Assembly (NCBI GenBank): GCA_030837545.1
Contig: JAUPKI010000006.1
Span: forward strand, 4,665 to 68,664
Length of the DNA: 64,000 nucleotides
Direction: 5' to 3'
Origin: Thermodesulfobacteriota bacterium
GTDB taxonomy: Bacteria > Desulfobacterota > DSM-4660 > Desulfatiglandales > Desulfatiglandaceae
Made by a program: the position numbers and the translations under genes. The notes beneath the pieces are model-generated. The model did not search any database and was not told the DNA's origin. It worked only from the letters and a program-made list of their open reading frames with translations. Each line of letters begins with the position of its first letter. The first letter of the stretch is position 1. Shown here in pieces: positions 11,055-21,461 of the stretch.

Positions 11055-12287
11055 TTACAGTTTCAGATCATAGTACCCGCGGCACACGTCAAGCCGTCCC
11101 AGTTGGGCGCCGCCTTCCCATAACTGGATCATCTTGCAGTCGCGCCAGTATTTCTCTACGTCGTACTCCCGGACATATCCGAAGGATCCCATCAATTCCA
11201 TGGCCTTGTTGGTGACCGAAACGGCCACTTCGCAGGCGTGTACCTTGGCGATGGTTCCTCGCGACAGCATGTAATGGGAGGTGGGGGCCCCGTACTTCTC
11301 CGGATGGTCGTACATCCAGGCGGCTGCGAGGTAGGCCCATCTTGCCGTCTCGATGCCGATGGCCATATCCGCCAACATACCCGCGGCAATGGAGTGCTGT
11401 CTGATGGGCCTGTCGGCCACAATCCGATCGCCCGTGTATTTGAGTACCGTGTCAAAAGCAGCCTGGGCCTGCCCTACAGCCATGCCGGCGCTGACGAGCC
11501 GACCGATGACGAAGTTGTTATGGAGCAGTTCGGCATCCACCCCAGGCCCTGCCGCACGCCATTCCTTGGGTACCCGTACGTTCTCCAGATACATGGAGTG
11601 GTTCTTCTCCGCGGCCATGCCTGCCTTATGTTCGTCCTTGCCAAAGGTGACGCCCTTGGTCTCCTTTGGCACATAGATGATGGCAACGCCCTCGTCTCCC
11701 AGGTTTGGGTCCGTGGTACAGACCACGGCATAGAGATCGGCCACTCCCTGACTGGAGGCCCACATCTTGTGACCGTTGATCACCCACTCATCCCCTTCAA
11801 GCGTGGCCTTTGTTCGCAGTTTCTTTGCATGAAGATTGACATTCTCAATGTCGCAGCCCCCGCCGCCGTGGGCTCCACCGGGCTCGGTCATGGAAAAGCA
11901 CCCCATCCTCAGATCCTTTCCTGTGAACTCGGGCGCGAAACGATCCAGCACCGCCTGGTTGTTCGCCGCAATGGCGGGAATCCATGCCCAGGTGGTGACA
12001 TTGCAGGCCGTGCAAATGCCGCTGTCCCCCCGACTCAGCTCTTCGTGCAATATGCATGCAGAAACGGCTGATTTGGCCCCCATCCCCCCATATTCCGGGG
12101 GAAATGGAGACTTCTGGATCCCCAGGTCGGTCAAGCCCTGAAGGATTCTGCGGACTATCACGTGGTCCTTATCATCGTCTATCTGCTGGCGTACAGGCAT
12201 GATCTCCTTGTCCACGAAACTGCGGATCATATCCCTCATCATGAAATCTTCGTCTTTCAGAAAGACGTCCAGATACTCGTCAGGCAT
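11055..12287 (-). CDS. acyl-CoA dehydrogenase family protein
   Basis: 410 aa with the ACAD three-domain pattern (CFSMTEPGGAHGGG..., WASSQGVADLY, C-terminal QLWEGGAQL). Confidence 0.9.
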   Translation of the reverse strand: MPDEYLDVFLKDEDFMMRDMIRSFVDKEIMPVRQQIDDDKDHVIVRRILQGLTDLGIQKSPFPPEYGGMGAKSAVSACILHEELSRGDSGICTACNVTTWAWIPAIAANNQAVLDRFAPEFTGKDLRMGCFSMTEPGGAHGGGGCDIENVNLHAKKLRTKATLEGDEWVINGHKMWASSQGVADLYAVVCTTDPNLGDEGVAIIYVPKETKGVTFGKDEHKAGMAAEKNHSMYLENVRVPKEWRAAGPGVDAELLHNNFVIGRLVSAGMAVGQAQAAFDTVLKYTGDRIVADRPIRQHSIAAGMLADMAIGIETARWAYLAAAWMYDHPEKYGAPTSHYMLSRGTIAKVHACEVAVSVTNKAMELMGSFGYVREYDVEKYWRDCKMIQLWEGGAQLGRLDVCRGYYDLKL

Positions 12288-12334
12288 GTTGTTCCTCCTT
12301 TATTCTTTTGGTGTTGCTCCACATCCTTCAAGGT

Positions 12335-13135
12335 TTACGCCTCCAATCTTCCTTCTCGAAAGGCCCGTGTATAGGCCTGACACCAGGGGTCCTGATCCAG
12401 CAGGACCTGGGCGGCCTTCAATGCGCTCATCAGCCCCCTGTCCGAAGGATCCAGGATGGCCGCAGTGAGTCCGGCCTTCATGGCCAGTGTGAGAAAGGCC
12501 CTGTTCACCAGCGGGCGCCTTGGCAGCCCGAAGGAGATATTGGAGAGGCCGCTGATGATATGGACCCCGTCCAGTTCGCGACGGATTCCGTCAATGGCCT
12601 CAAGGGCCATCATCCCTGCACGGGTATTGGCGCTGACGGCCTGGGTCACGGGATCCAGAAAGATCCTGTCCCGAGGCACGCCCAGGTCCTCCAGGTCCGA
12701 CACGAGCCGGACGGTATTCTCCACCGTCTGCCCTGCGGTTTTTGGAATCCCTCGATCGTCCATGCAGAGGGCCACGATATCGCACGCCCTCTTCTGAATA
12801 ACCGGGGCCATTGCCTCCATGCGGGACCTTTCGCCGGTGGTAGAGTTGAGCATGGGCCGAAGCATGACCCTGTCCAGGACCCTGTTCATGCTGTCCGGGT
12901 TGGCGCTGTCGATACTTAGCCGGACCTTCGGGAATTCATTCTGGATCTCCTCGATCAGCCAGATCAGGTCATCCACTTCGGAATCCCGTCGGGACCCGGC
13001 GTTGACGTCGATCAGATCGGCGCCTCCGTCTACCTGCAGGCGCACCTCTCTCTGAATCGCGACCGCGTCCCGACCAGCCACAGCCTCGTTGATCGCGTGA
13101 CGACTTGTATTGATCCGCTCCCCGACAATCAGCAT
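12335..13135 (-). CDS. pterin-binding methyltransferase (methyl-corrinoid:tetrahydrofolate methyltransferase, MT II type)
   Basis: 266 aa. Starts MLIVGERINTSR, typical of the AcsE / MetH pterin-binding / DHPS-like barrel. Sits next to a corrinoid protein. Confidence 0.8.
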   Translation of the reverse strand: MLIVGERINTSRHAINEAVAGRDAVAIQREVRLQVDGGADLIDVNAGSRRDSEVDDLIWLIEEIQNEFPKVRLSIDSANPDSMNRVLDRVMLRPMLNSTTGERSRMEAMAPVIQKRACDIVALCMDDRGIPKTAGQTVENTVRLVSDLEDLGVPRDRIFLDPVTQAVSANTRAGMMALEAIDGIRRELDGVHIISGLSNISFGLPRRPLVNRAFLTLAMKAGLTAAILDPSDRGLMSALKAAQVLLDQDPWCQAYTRAFREGRLEA

Positions 13136-13286
13136 TCATTCACTCCTAACCCAGACAGGCCGGAACCAAAAACAATCTCTCACAGAGGCACCCCAGTGAA
13201 ACGAAAGAAAGGGATGGTTTCACGGGGCTGGCAGAGACACAAAGATTTTTTTGTTTTTTTGTGACAGGACCCTCCCTGCCCACGCC

Positions 13287-13330
13287 ATAAACTCAACAAA
13301 CCCAATGAACCCAACGAACGAATGAACCCA
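13287..13330 (+). repeat. AAACTCAAC / AACCCAAYGAAC word repeats between the two methyltransferase genes
   Basis: Read directly: ataaactcaacaaacccaatgaacccaacgaacgaatgaaccca. Confidence 0.65.
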
Positions 13331-13337
13331 GATCCCT

Positions 13338-14690
13338 CTACTTATACACTCCGTATTCTCTGGTGAACGCAACCATGGCCTTCACATTTTCCGGCTTTGC
13401 TTCATCAAAAAACGCCCCGTTGCCCATGACATAGCCGCCCCCTTTGCCGGCGGTATCGATGAGCTTCTTGACACAATCGCGTATGTCATCGGGTGTGCCC
13501 AGTTTCAACAGGGAGGACGGGACGTTGCCGAGGAGGCAGATGGTGTCGCCCACCGTCTCCTTGGCCGCGGCCATATCCGTCTGATCGAACATCCACAGGG
13601 TCTTTCCTTTCGGCAGCTCGTTGAGGTACTTCAACCGTGTGTTGTAGCCCCCTTCGGCTGCGGGCAACGGGATGCAACCCCCCTCGATTAACCCCAGCAT
13701 CACCTGTTTAAACGTAGGCCAATAGAATTCTTTATACTGCGCATCCGAGAGAAAACCGTCCGCGCCCTTGTGGAGCGGCATGAAGATAAACGGTTTTCCG
13801 GTCTGTTGCGCCGCGCCCAGGCCCAGACCGATCATGATCGGGGTCAGGGCCTCCAGGGCCTTGAGAAGCTTATCGGGTTGCCGATACATGTCGATCATGA
13901 TCCCCCGGGTGCCCCTGAGGGTGTCGCCGAGGACGTCAAAGGGCGCCTTGCTGAACCCGCCGAAGATATTCGGGAATCCGAGGGTTGCCAGCTCCACGTC
14001 GACCCCGCCCACGGCCATTGCCCATTTCAGGGCCTCGGCCCCGGCCTCGAAGAGGGCCTTGTAGGCGTCTTGAACAGGGGGGAGGCCGAAGGGGATAAAA
14101 TTAAAGGCAACCCCGTACATCTCGAGTATGCCGGTGAGGGGAGGAAGCATGTTCCAGGGCGCCAGCTTTCCGAATACGCGCGGCAGGTAGAAATTTCTGA
14201 AGTAAAAGGAGGGGTCGCTCAGCAAGAGATCATATTCCTCGGCCTTCATGTATTCCCCTTCGTTGCACTGGTAGCTGTGCTCAGGGGCCACCCCGTGACC
14301 CGGCCAGGAATAGAGCTTGTAGTCAAGGATCTCATAGAACCTTCCGGGGCCCGGCCCTGCAGCCCCCATGGGGAAGTCCGGCTCAAAGTCCAGGACGAAT
14401 TTCTTATAGCCTGCGACGCATTTCTCATAGTCGTACATGGCCTCCTGAACCGTCATTCCGGCATACATGTAAGGGAACATGCTCGGGAACAGGGCGACCG
14501 GCACCCTGTCTGGAGGCCTTTTAAGCTGAATGGCGTCTTTTAATCGGTTGATGCGCGCCTTATAGGCGGCCTCTGCCTCCCGGCTCTGGAATTTAAGGTC
14601 ATTCCCCTCGGGGTCTTTGGGCGCCAGCAACTTTTGAAACTGGGCCTCCTGCTTTTCCTCCGCGGACATCTCTTCCCATTTCTTTTCCAT
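13338..14690 (-). CDS. uroporphyrinogen decarboxylase (URO-D) family methyltransferase (substrate:corrinoid MT I type)
   Basis: 450 aa. Long N-terminal helical extension followed by a URO-D-like barrel. Adjacent to the corrinoid protein, 4 nt apart. Confidence 0.75.
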   Translation of the reverse strand: MEKKWEEMSAEEKQEAQFQKLLAPKDPEGNDLKFQSREAEAAYKARINRLKDAIQLKRPPDRVPVALFPSMFPYMYAGMTVQEAMYDYEKCVAGYKKFVLDFEPDFPMGAAGPGPGRFYEILDYKLYSWPGHGVAPEHSYQCNEGEYMKAEEYDLLLSDPSFYFRNFYLPRVFGKLAPWNMLPPLTGILEMYGVAFNFIPFGLPPVQDAYKALFEAGAEALKWAMAVGGVDVELATLGFPNIFGGFSKAPFDVLGDTLRGTRGIMIDMYRQPDKLLKALEALTPIMIGLGLGAAQQTGKPFIFMPLHKGADGFLSDAQYKEFYWPTFKQVMLGLIEGGCIPLPAAEGGYNTRLKYLNELPKGKTLWMFDQTDMAAAKETVGDTICLLGNVPSSLLKLGTPDDIRDCVKKLIDTAGKGGGYVMGNGAFFDEAKPENVKAMVAFTREYGVYK

Positions 14691-14694
14691 TGCC

Positions 14695-15324
14695 TTATCC
14701 TCCTATCCAGCGCTGGGCCAGTGCAACGGCCTCGATGGCGTCCTTTCCATAGGCATCAGCGCCCGTAAACCGTCTGACCCGTTCGTCAATCTGGCCGCCC
14801 CCGATCATGATCTTCACGTCGTCCCGCAGGCCTGCTTCCTGGATGGCGTCTACGGTCTGCTTCATGGAATCAAAGGCCAGGGTCAAAAATCCGCTCAGGC
14901 CGACCACCTTGCTGCCGGTCTCCCTGACGGCTTCCACAAATCTCTGAACCGGCACATCAATACCCAGATCCGTGACCTCGAATCCGCTCACATCCAGCAT
15001 AAAGACCACCAGGTCCTTCCCGATGTCGTGGATATCGCCCTTCACGGTCCCCATGATGACCTTCCCCAGTCTGTTGGATTCGCCCTGTTTTTTGAGATGG
15101 GGCTCCAGGAGGGCGACGATGCGCCTGAGGATCTCTCCCGAAAAGACGAGATCCGGGATGAAATAATCTGAGTCCGCGAACCGCTCTCCCACAATAGCCA
15201 TGCCTTCCTTGGCACTCGCCAACAGGTCCAACGGATCGCTTCCCTGTTCCAGGGCCTTTTCCACAAACGCCAAGGCCTCTGCCTCTTTCAAATCCGCTAA
15301 CAGCCTTGCAAGTTCTTCAGACAT
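14695..15324 (-). CDS. cobalamin-binding corrinoid protein
   Basis: 209 aa. B12-binding cap helix bundle plus a Rossmann domain with the DxHxxG motif (GDIHDIGKD) and IMIGGG. Confidence 0.9.
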   Translation of the reverse strand: MSEELARLLADLKEAEALAFVEKALEQGSDPLDLLASAKEGMAIVGERFADSDYFIPDLVFSGEILRRIVALLEPHLKKQGESNRLGKVIMGTVKGDIHDIGKDLVVFMLDVSGFEVTDLGIDVPVQRFVEAVRETGSKVVGLSGFLTLAFDSMKQTVDAIQEAGLRDDVKIMIGGGQIDERVRRFTGADAYGKDAIEAVALAQRWIGG

Positions 15325-15366
15325 AATGCTCCACTCCTTATTTTTTGCAATGGATATGGCGATTTC

Positions 15367-16329
15367 TTATTCCCAGACATATCGGGAAACCGGGGCCTCC
15401 GGGTCTGCCGTCCATTCCTGGGCCGAACCGTCATATATTTTCACGTTTTGATATCCCAGTACCTCATGTAGAACAAACCATGCTGCGGCCCCGTATCCCC
15501 CCACGCCACAGTAGACAATGATCTCCTTGGAAGGGTCATTTCCCATAACGCCGGCTGCCGTCTCCCTTATCTCCTCGGTACTTTTATAGACGCCCTCGTC
15601 CGTCCACATCCAGGGGACGGGCCAGCATGTGGCGCCCGGAATATGACCCGCTCTTTTGCAAAAAGGCTCTTTCACCACACCAAAATAGACGTCAGGGGTC
15701 CTTGCATCGACAAGGGTGCATTTTCCCATCTTCTCTTTCACGTCTTTCTTTGAGACAAACATGCCCTTGTTCATTTCGCCTGTGTACATTACAGGCTTAG
15801 GCTTGGACGGGGCGTCCGAGGTCGGTCTCTTTTCTTTGACCCACTTGTCATACCCGCCGCTCAGCACGGAAGAATTCCGCACCCCTGCATATATCAGCAT
15901 ATCCGCAACCCTGACCGTATCGGCGAGGGGATAAGGGTGGTCCGCCCGGTTCACGACAACAACCTTTGAGTCTGCGCCGATCCCAGCAGATCCCAGTGTC
16001 TGGCACAGCGCTGCATCTTCCGGCACCTCAAGGAGAAGGCCCTCTCTCTCAACGACCCAGGAGGGCGTGGGAACATGCACGGCATTGGGGATATGGCCTG
16101 CTGAGTACTCTTTGTCGCTTCGAATATCGACGATAACCAGTGCCGCATCGTTCATGTGTTGCGCCAACCAATCCGTGGTTACAATGGGGGGAGTTGATCT
16201 CATAGTGGCATTAGATCCTTTCTGCCCGGGCGGGGCAGCAAATGGCGTAACCAGGCCAATGGCCAAGGTCAATAAGAACGAGCCCACGCCGGCACAGCAA
16301 GCCGGAAACATGACGGATTTCCTTTTCAT
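15367..16329 (-). CDS. secreted tandem-rhodanese sulfurtransferase
   Basis: 320 aa. N-terminal hydrophobic signal-like segment, two rhodanese repeats and an active-site loop VYCGVGGYGA. Confidence 0.85.
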   Translation of the reverse strand: MKRKSVMFPACCAGVGSFLLTLAIGLVTPFAAPPGQKGSNATMRSTPPIVTTDWLAQHMNDAALVIVDIRSDKEYSAGHIPNAVHVPTPSWVVEREGLLLEVPEDAALCQTLGSAGIGADSKVVVVNRADHPYPLADTVRVADMLIYAGVRNSSVLSGGYDKWVKEKRPTSDAPSKPKPVMYTGEMNKGMFVSKKDVKEKMGKCTLVDARTPDVYFGVVKEPFCKRAGHIPGATCWPVPWMWTDEGVYKSTEEIRETAAGVMGNDPSKEIIVYCGVGGYGAAAWFVLHEVLGYQNVKIYDGSAQEWTADPEAPVSRYVWE

Positions 16330-16390
16330 TTTTAGCTACCTCCTTTAAGCGTTCGCTGTCAGTTGACGAAAATACCATGCGCCTCTATGG

Positions 16391-17095
16391 TCAGAGCCCC
16401 AGATAGGCCTTTCGGATGAGTTCTTCCGAAAGGAGTTGTTCACTCTTCCCTGCCAGGATGATGCGTCCGTTTTCGATCACATATGCCCGATCCGCAATCT
16501 CCAGGGTATGCCGAACATTCTGTTCCACCAGAAAGATGGCGATGCCCTGGTCCCGAAGCCCCTCTATGATGTGGAAGATCTCATCCACCATGACCGGCGC
16601 AAGGCCGGATGACGGCTCGTCGATCATGCACAGCCTGGGCTTGGACATCAGGCCGCGACCCAGGGCGACCATCTGCTGTTCGCCGCCGCTCAATGTCCCG
16701 GCCAATTGGCCCTCCCTTGCCTTCAAAACGGGGAGAAGCCGATAGATCTCTTCCAGACTTTCTCCCTTCTGTTTCCAGGCCCGCTGAAGATACGCCCCCA
16801 TCTCCAGGTTCTCACGGACCGACATGTCCGGGAACAGCCTCCTCCCCTCGGGTATATGAGAGATGCCCGCTTCCACAACCGCGTAGGAAGGCCGTCCATC
16901 GATTCTCTTCTCCAAGAACACCACGCGACCGGAGGCCGGGCGCAGCAGGCCGGATAGGGTCTTTAACAGGGTGGTCTTCCCAGCGCCGTTGGACCCGACC
17001 AGGGCCACGATTTCCGATGCCTCAACGCTTAAAGAGAGATCATACAGGGCCTGGGCCTTGCCGTAGAAGGTGTTGATGTTATGAATCTGAAGCAT
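16391..17095 (-). CDS. livF: branched-chain amino acid type ABC transporter ATP-binding protein
   Basis: Walker A GSNGAGKTT, signature LSGGEQQM and Walker B. Probable start MLQIHN at 17095; the track ORF extends to 17122. Confidence 0.9.
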   Translation of the reverse strand: MLQIHNINTFYGKAQALYDLSLSVEASEIVALVGSNGAGKTTLLKTLSGLLRPASGRVVFLEKRIDGRPSYAVVEAGISHIPEGRRLFPDMSVRENLEMGAYLQRAWKQKGESLEEIYRLLPVLKAREGQLAGTLSGGEQQMVALGRGLMSKPRLCMIDEPSSGLAPVMVDEIFHIIEGLRDQGIAIFLVEQNVRHTLEIADRAYVIENGRIILAGKSEQLLSEELIRKAYLGL

Positions 17096-17819
17096 CGGCC
17101 CGTTCTCCGAAATAGACCTCAATCACGGTTCTGTTGGTGGAAACCTCCTGAGGCGTCCCTTCCGCAATCTTGGCCCCGTGATGGAGCACCATAATGCGGC
17201 CGCACACGCTCATAATGGCCTTCATCACATGTTCGATCATGACCACCGTAATCCCTTTGTCCTGGATCATCTTGACCAAACCCATGGCCCGGTTGACCTC
17301 TGTGGGGTTCAGCCCCTCCATCATTTCATCCAGGAGCAGCAGTTCCGGACGGGTCGCCAGTGCCCGGGCCACTTCAAGCCGCTTCTGGTTGGCCAGGGTC
17401 AGGTCTCTGGCCGGGATAGCAGCGGCCTCGGCCAAGCCCACAAATTCCAGTGCCGACGCGGCCGCCTCTGCGGCATCGGCCGAGGCGATGCGTCCCTCCC
17501 CCCCAAAAAAGGCGCCCAACAAGACATTATCAAGGACCGACATATTCCCGAAGATCTTTACCGTCTGGAAGGTCCTGGCCAGGCCCATCCTGCAGATCTG
17601 ATACGGTTTCAGGTCTGTAATCTCCTTGCCCCTGAATGTGATGCTTCCGGATCGGGGCGAAAGGGCCGCGGAAATCAGATTGAAGAGAGTGGTCTTTCCG
17701 GCGCCGTTGGGACCGATCAGACCCAGGACCTCGCCCTGTTCCACCTGGAAGTCCACATCGGATACAGCGGCCAACCCCCCGAAATACCGGGTCACGCCCC
17801 TTCCCTCAAGTATCGGCAT
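17079..17819 (-). CDS. livG: branched-chain amino acid type ABC transporter ATP-binding protein
   Basis: 246 aa. GPNGAGKTT and a LivG-type C-terminus VIEVYFG. Confidence 0.9.
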   Translation of the reverse strand: MPILEGRGVTRYFGGLAAVSDVDFQVEQGEVLGLIGPNGAGKTTLFNLISAALSPRSGSITFRGKEITDLKPYQICRMGLARTFQTVKIFGNMSVLDNVLLGAFFGGEGRIASADAAEAAASALEFVGLAEAAAIPARDLTLANQKRLEVARALATRPELLLLDEMMEGLNPTEVNRAMGLVKMIQDKGITVVMIEHVMKAIMSVCGRIMVLHHGAKIAEGTPQEVSTNRTVIEVYFGERADASDS

Positions 17820-18750
17820 GTTTTCTCCCCGAAATTCCTTTCCACAGCCGCTGGATCAGCCCTACGAGACCGTCCGGCATATACAGGATGGCCACCACCA
17901 TGATGATCCCGAAGATGAGCATGTAGTAGTAGGGAAAGCGGGTGATGAGGAATTCCTCCAAGTAGGTAAAGATCGCCGCGCCGATGATAGGGCCGTAGAG
18001 CGGTCGAATGCCGCCGAAGATGGCCATGAGGACAGGCATGAAGGAGATCAGCGGATTGAAGGCGATTCTCGGGTCGATATAGGTCCATCGTGTCGCCATG
18101 GCTGCCCCGGCCGCCCCCATGAAGAGTGCACTGACCGCAAAAATGATGATTTTCAAGACGGTCACGTGAACCCCGGCATGGGCCGCGGCCTCCTCGTTTT
18201 CCCCGATGCTAAAAAGGGCCAGTCCATATCTCGAACGCCTGATAATGAAAACGGTCAGGACCAGTATGACCAAAATGATGAGCATGGCGTAAAAAACCGT
18301 GGCGTTTCCCGCCGGGGGCACCACCCTTCCGGTGGTACCGCATATCGTGACCTCCCACCAGAGGATAAAGTGGAGGAGGAGTTCAACGAGCCCGAACGTG
18401 AACATCACAAAATAGATGCCTTTCAGCCTCAGGGTCAACGCGCCCACGAGGAGGGCGAGACAGAAACTGGCCAGGGCCCCGACGACGATCACCAACGGCA
18501 GCGGGAGCGCCTTCCCCAGTATGGCCGACGTATAGATGCCGGCCCCGAAAAAGGCGGCAGAGGCCAGGGAGATGTAACCGGTCGGTCCGGAAAACAGGGC
18601 CCAGCTCACCGCAATGGTCATATACATGAGGATGCTGGTGAGGAGGATGACCGTATATACCGGTGCGTAGAGCGGTGCGCAGGCCGCCAGGACCAGGATG
18701 AGCAACACCAAGCCGAAGGTGAACATTCTTTTAGAGGTTGTTTTCTTCAT
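17806..18750 (-). CDS. livM: branched-chain amino acid type ABC transporter permease
   Basis: 314-aa polytopic membrane protein, LivM-like, overlapping livG. Confidence 0.9.
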   Translation of the reverse strand: MKKTTSKRMFTFGLVLLILVLAACAPLYAPVYTVILLTSILMYMTIAVSWALFSGPTGYISLASAAFFGAGIYTSAILGKALPLPLVIVVGALASFCLALLVGALTLRLKGIYFVMFTFGLVELLLHFILWWEVTICGTTGRVVPPAGNATVFYAMLIILVILVLTVFIIRRSRYGLALFSIGENEEAAAHAGVHVTVLKIIIFAVSALFMGAAGAAMATRWTYIDPRIAFNPLISFMPVLMAIFGGIRPLYGPIIGAAIFTYLEEFLITRFPYYYMLIFGIIMVVAILYMPDGLVGLIQRLWKGISGRKHADT

Positions 18751-18760
18751 CCCCAGTTCT

Positions 18761-19642
18761 CTATTTTCCCAAGATGCCCGTTGGTTTTATAAGGAGCAGA
18801 AGCATGAAGATGACATAGTAGGCCACCAGCGACAGGCCCGGCTCGATATGGGTGACGATGCTCCCTACGAGGCCCAGAACAAGCCCGCCGACAAAGCTTC
18901 CGGGGATGCTCCCCAACCCCCCCAGGACGATGACAATGAGGGCGATCATGGTGTATTCAAGGCCCATGGTCGGCTGTATCTTGTAGGAGATGCTGATCAA
19001 GGCCCCGCCCAGACCGGCCATGAGCGCCCCGAAACCAAAACAGAGGGCCAGCACCTGGTTGATCCTGACCCCCATGAGACCCGCCGTATCCGGGTCCTGG
19101 GCCGCGGCCCGAATGGCCTTTCCCAACCGGGTATTGGCCAGGAAGAGATAAAAAACCAGGCAGATCGCCAGGGCGAATCCAAGGGTGACGAGCCTGTTGG
19201 CTGCAAACCGGGCGCCCCACAAATCGACGGGGAAGGCCAGATACGTGTACCCCTTGATGTCGGCCCCCCAGATCAGAATGGCGACATTCTGAATGATGAA
19301 GAGGAGACCGAAACAGGCCAGCATGGAGTTCCCCTCAAAGGCCCCGGGCGTGGGAGACGACATCCTCAGCCGGGTGAACAGGGTCCGGTAGAGGATAAAA
19401 CCGACCGCAAAGACCAGAGGACCGCAAATGGCAAAGCAGATGAGGGGGTTGATCCCAAAGCGGGTGTACAATGAATAGGTGATGAAGGCCCCGAGCATGA
19501 TAAATTCGCCATGGGCGATATTCAGCACGCGGGCGACACCGTACTGCAGGCTGAGCCCCACAGCCGTCACGGCATAGATGCCGCCCAGCAACAGACCGGA
19601 AATCACCACGTCCAGGATGGTAACCATCATGTAACTGCCCAT
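18761..19642 (-). CDS. livH: branched-chain amino acid type ABC transporter permease
   Basis: 293-aa polytopic membrane protein, LivH-like. Confidence 0.9.
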   Translation of the reverse strand: MGSYMMVTILDVVISGLLLGGIYAVTAVGLSLQYGVARVLNIAHGEFIMLGAFITYSLYTRFGINPLICFAICGPLVFAVGFILYRTLFTRLRMSSPTPGAFEGNSMLACFGLLFIIQNVAILIWGADIKGYTYLAFPVDLWGARFAANRLVTLGFALAICLVFYLFLANTRLGKAIRAAAQDPDTAGLMGVRINQVLALCFGFGALMAGLGGALISISYKIQPTMGLEYTMIALIVIVLGGLGSIPGSFVGGLVLGLVGSIVTHIEPGLSLVAYYVIFMLLLLIKPTGILGK

Positions 19643-19924
19643 GACAACCGGGGTTGTCGCCCCGGGGATGAAAATCCTTTTGTGTGAGCGGCGTCCTCGC
19701 CGCGAAGGTCAAGGCTGCAAGCCTCTCTCACAGGAAAGGGAAGCCGTTCCCCCTATTCGTGTTGATTGGCGTTCATTCGCGGTTCAAGTGCTTTTTTGTG
19801 GTAAAATAAATTCCTGTGCTTATGAACCGACTGTCGAAGGTCCTGTCCACGAGGCCCGAAAGACCCCTTCCCTGAAAGGGGGAGGCCCCTCTCGGGAAGA
19901 GATTCGGTTGACCCCTGCACAGGC

Positions 19925-21145
19925 TTACTTCTTGGGCCAGGGGGGCTTTGGGTATTCCGGCGGCGCCGTGCGTTTCGGTCCGGGGTCGATCACCTCGAAC
20001 ACGCCTTTCTGCCACTGGCCGATCTCGCCAGGATGGTTGACAAAATACCGGTCCTTATCATACCAGAACGGTCCCAGGGCCGTATTGAACTTCTCTTTGG
20101 CCATGATGTCCCGGATCTTTTTCTGGTTCAGGGTCCCGGCCTTCTCGATGGCCTGCTGGAAATGCTGGAGCGATGACCAGTAATACAACCCGCCCCAGTA
20201 GTCAGGTTCTTCTTTAAAGCGGGCTACGAATTTATCTACCAGTTCTTTGGCGCCGGGAGAGGTCTTGGCATTCCAGGCCCCGCCGCCCATGACGCCCTCC
20301 ACGCCCTGTGCCCCGAAGGTACCTCTATACAGCTTGGGAGAAAAGGGGAGAACAGAGATGAAGAAGGCGTTGAAATCGATGCCCAGCTCCATGGCCTGGC
20401 CGGTAAGGAGCATGCCGCCATCCGGATAGGCGGCGGCCACAAAGGCATCCACATTGAGGGACTTGGCCTCTTTCAACATGGGGGAGAGGTCCTTGATCCC
20501 CGGGGGAAAGGACTTGTTCATCTTGACGTCGATCCCCTTCTTCTTGAAATACGGGACCATGGCATTGCCATACTCGATGCCGTGAAGGTCTCCCCGTGAG
20601 ATCACGGCCACCGATTTGACGCCCACCCCCTTGAAGATATCGGCAAGGGCTGGGGCCTGGGTTTCGGAGAAATTCAAGACCTGGAAAAAGTAGGGGAGGC
20701 TCAGTTCCTTGAGCTTTAATGCGCCGCCGGGACCCCCGATCAAGATATACCCGTATTTGTTGGCGATGGGCGCAGCGGCAAAGAGCCAGGCCGTTCCCCA
20801 CGGGGGAAAGACAAAGTCCACCTTGTCCTCTAAAATGAGCTTTTCCAGAAGGTTCGTCATGGTGCCGATATCGCTCTTGTCGTCGTATCGGATAAGTTCC
20901 ACCGGGAGTTTTTTGCCGTACTCCTTGACGTAGATGCCGCCGTTCTTATTGACCTCCTCCACCCACAATTCGTAGATGGGTCCGCCTGCTATGGCCACGG
21001 CCCCTGCCAATGGCCCTGAGAGAGAAATCGCCTGGCCGATTCGAATCTTATCCTTGACTGCCGCCTCTTTGGCCCCAACAGGGCCTGCCAGGAACAACAA
21101 TGCCACTGTAATTACGAAGATCCAAATCCATCCTTTGTTTTTCAT
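19925..21145 (-). CDS. ABC transporter substrate-binding protein (LivK/type I PBP family)
   Basis: 406 aa. Signal peptide MKNKGWIWIFVITVALLFLAGPVGA. First gene of the liv-type operon on the minus strand. Confidence 0.9.
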   Translation of the reverse strand: MKNKGWIWIFVITVALLFLAGPVGAKEAAVKDKIRIGQAISLSGPLAGAVAIAGGPIYELWVEEVNKNGGIYVKEYGKKLPVELIRYDDKSDIGTMTNLLEKLILEDKVDFVFPPWGTAWLFAAAPIANKYGYILIGGPGGALKLKELSLPYFFQVLNFSETQAPALADIFKGVGVKSVAVISRGDLHGIEYGNAMVPYFKKKGIDVKMNKSFPPGIKDLSPMLKEAKSLNVDAFVAAAYPDGGMLLTGQAMELGIDFNAFFISVLPFSPKLYRGTFGAQGVEGVMGGGAWNAKTSPGAKELVDKFVARFKEEPDYWGGLYYWSSLQHFQQAIEKAGTLNQKKIRDIMAKEKFNTALGPFWYDKDRYFVNHPGEIGQWQKGVFEVIDPGPKRTAPPEYPKPPWPKK

Positions 21146-21461
21146 TTTTTCCCCCTTTCGAGACTTTCCAAGATCATTTCAAGAGTTGTTCTCGAGACAT
21201 CTCCCATCACCTCTAAGCTGCCCTGGAAAAACGCCCTTTCCACACATCCCCGCTGCCTTTTCTATTCGGTTTTGCACCTCCTTCCTCCACCATTAAGGGT
21301 TCACAGGTCCAGGTTGTGGCATCGCGCACCTCCATGTTATCATTAAGGTTTATTCGGCGCATGCCTGGGCAGCCTCATGGATCAACTATTCCTCACTCTA
21401 AAGAGATTGTTCCCTATGGGCTGATTCCAACCGACCCTTCGAATTGGCTATCTCATCCCCG

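Noticed and set aside
17626-18792. Long antisense or alternative-frame ORFs in the track. Examples: 17626..18792 +, 1546..2577 -, 18698..19474 +, 49668..50723 -, 53698..54540 -, 40190..40798 -, 11238..12071 +.
   Set aside because: Each lies entirely opposite or out of frame to a gene with clear family motifs. They have Arg/Pro/Gly-rich low-complexity translations typical of GC-rich shadow ORFs, and they lack RBS signals.
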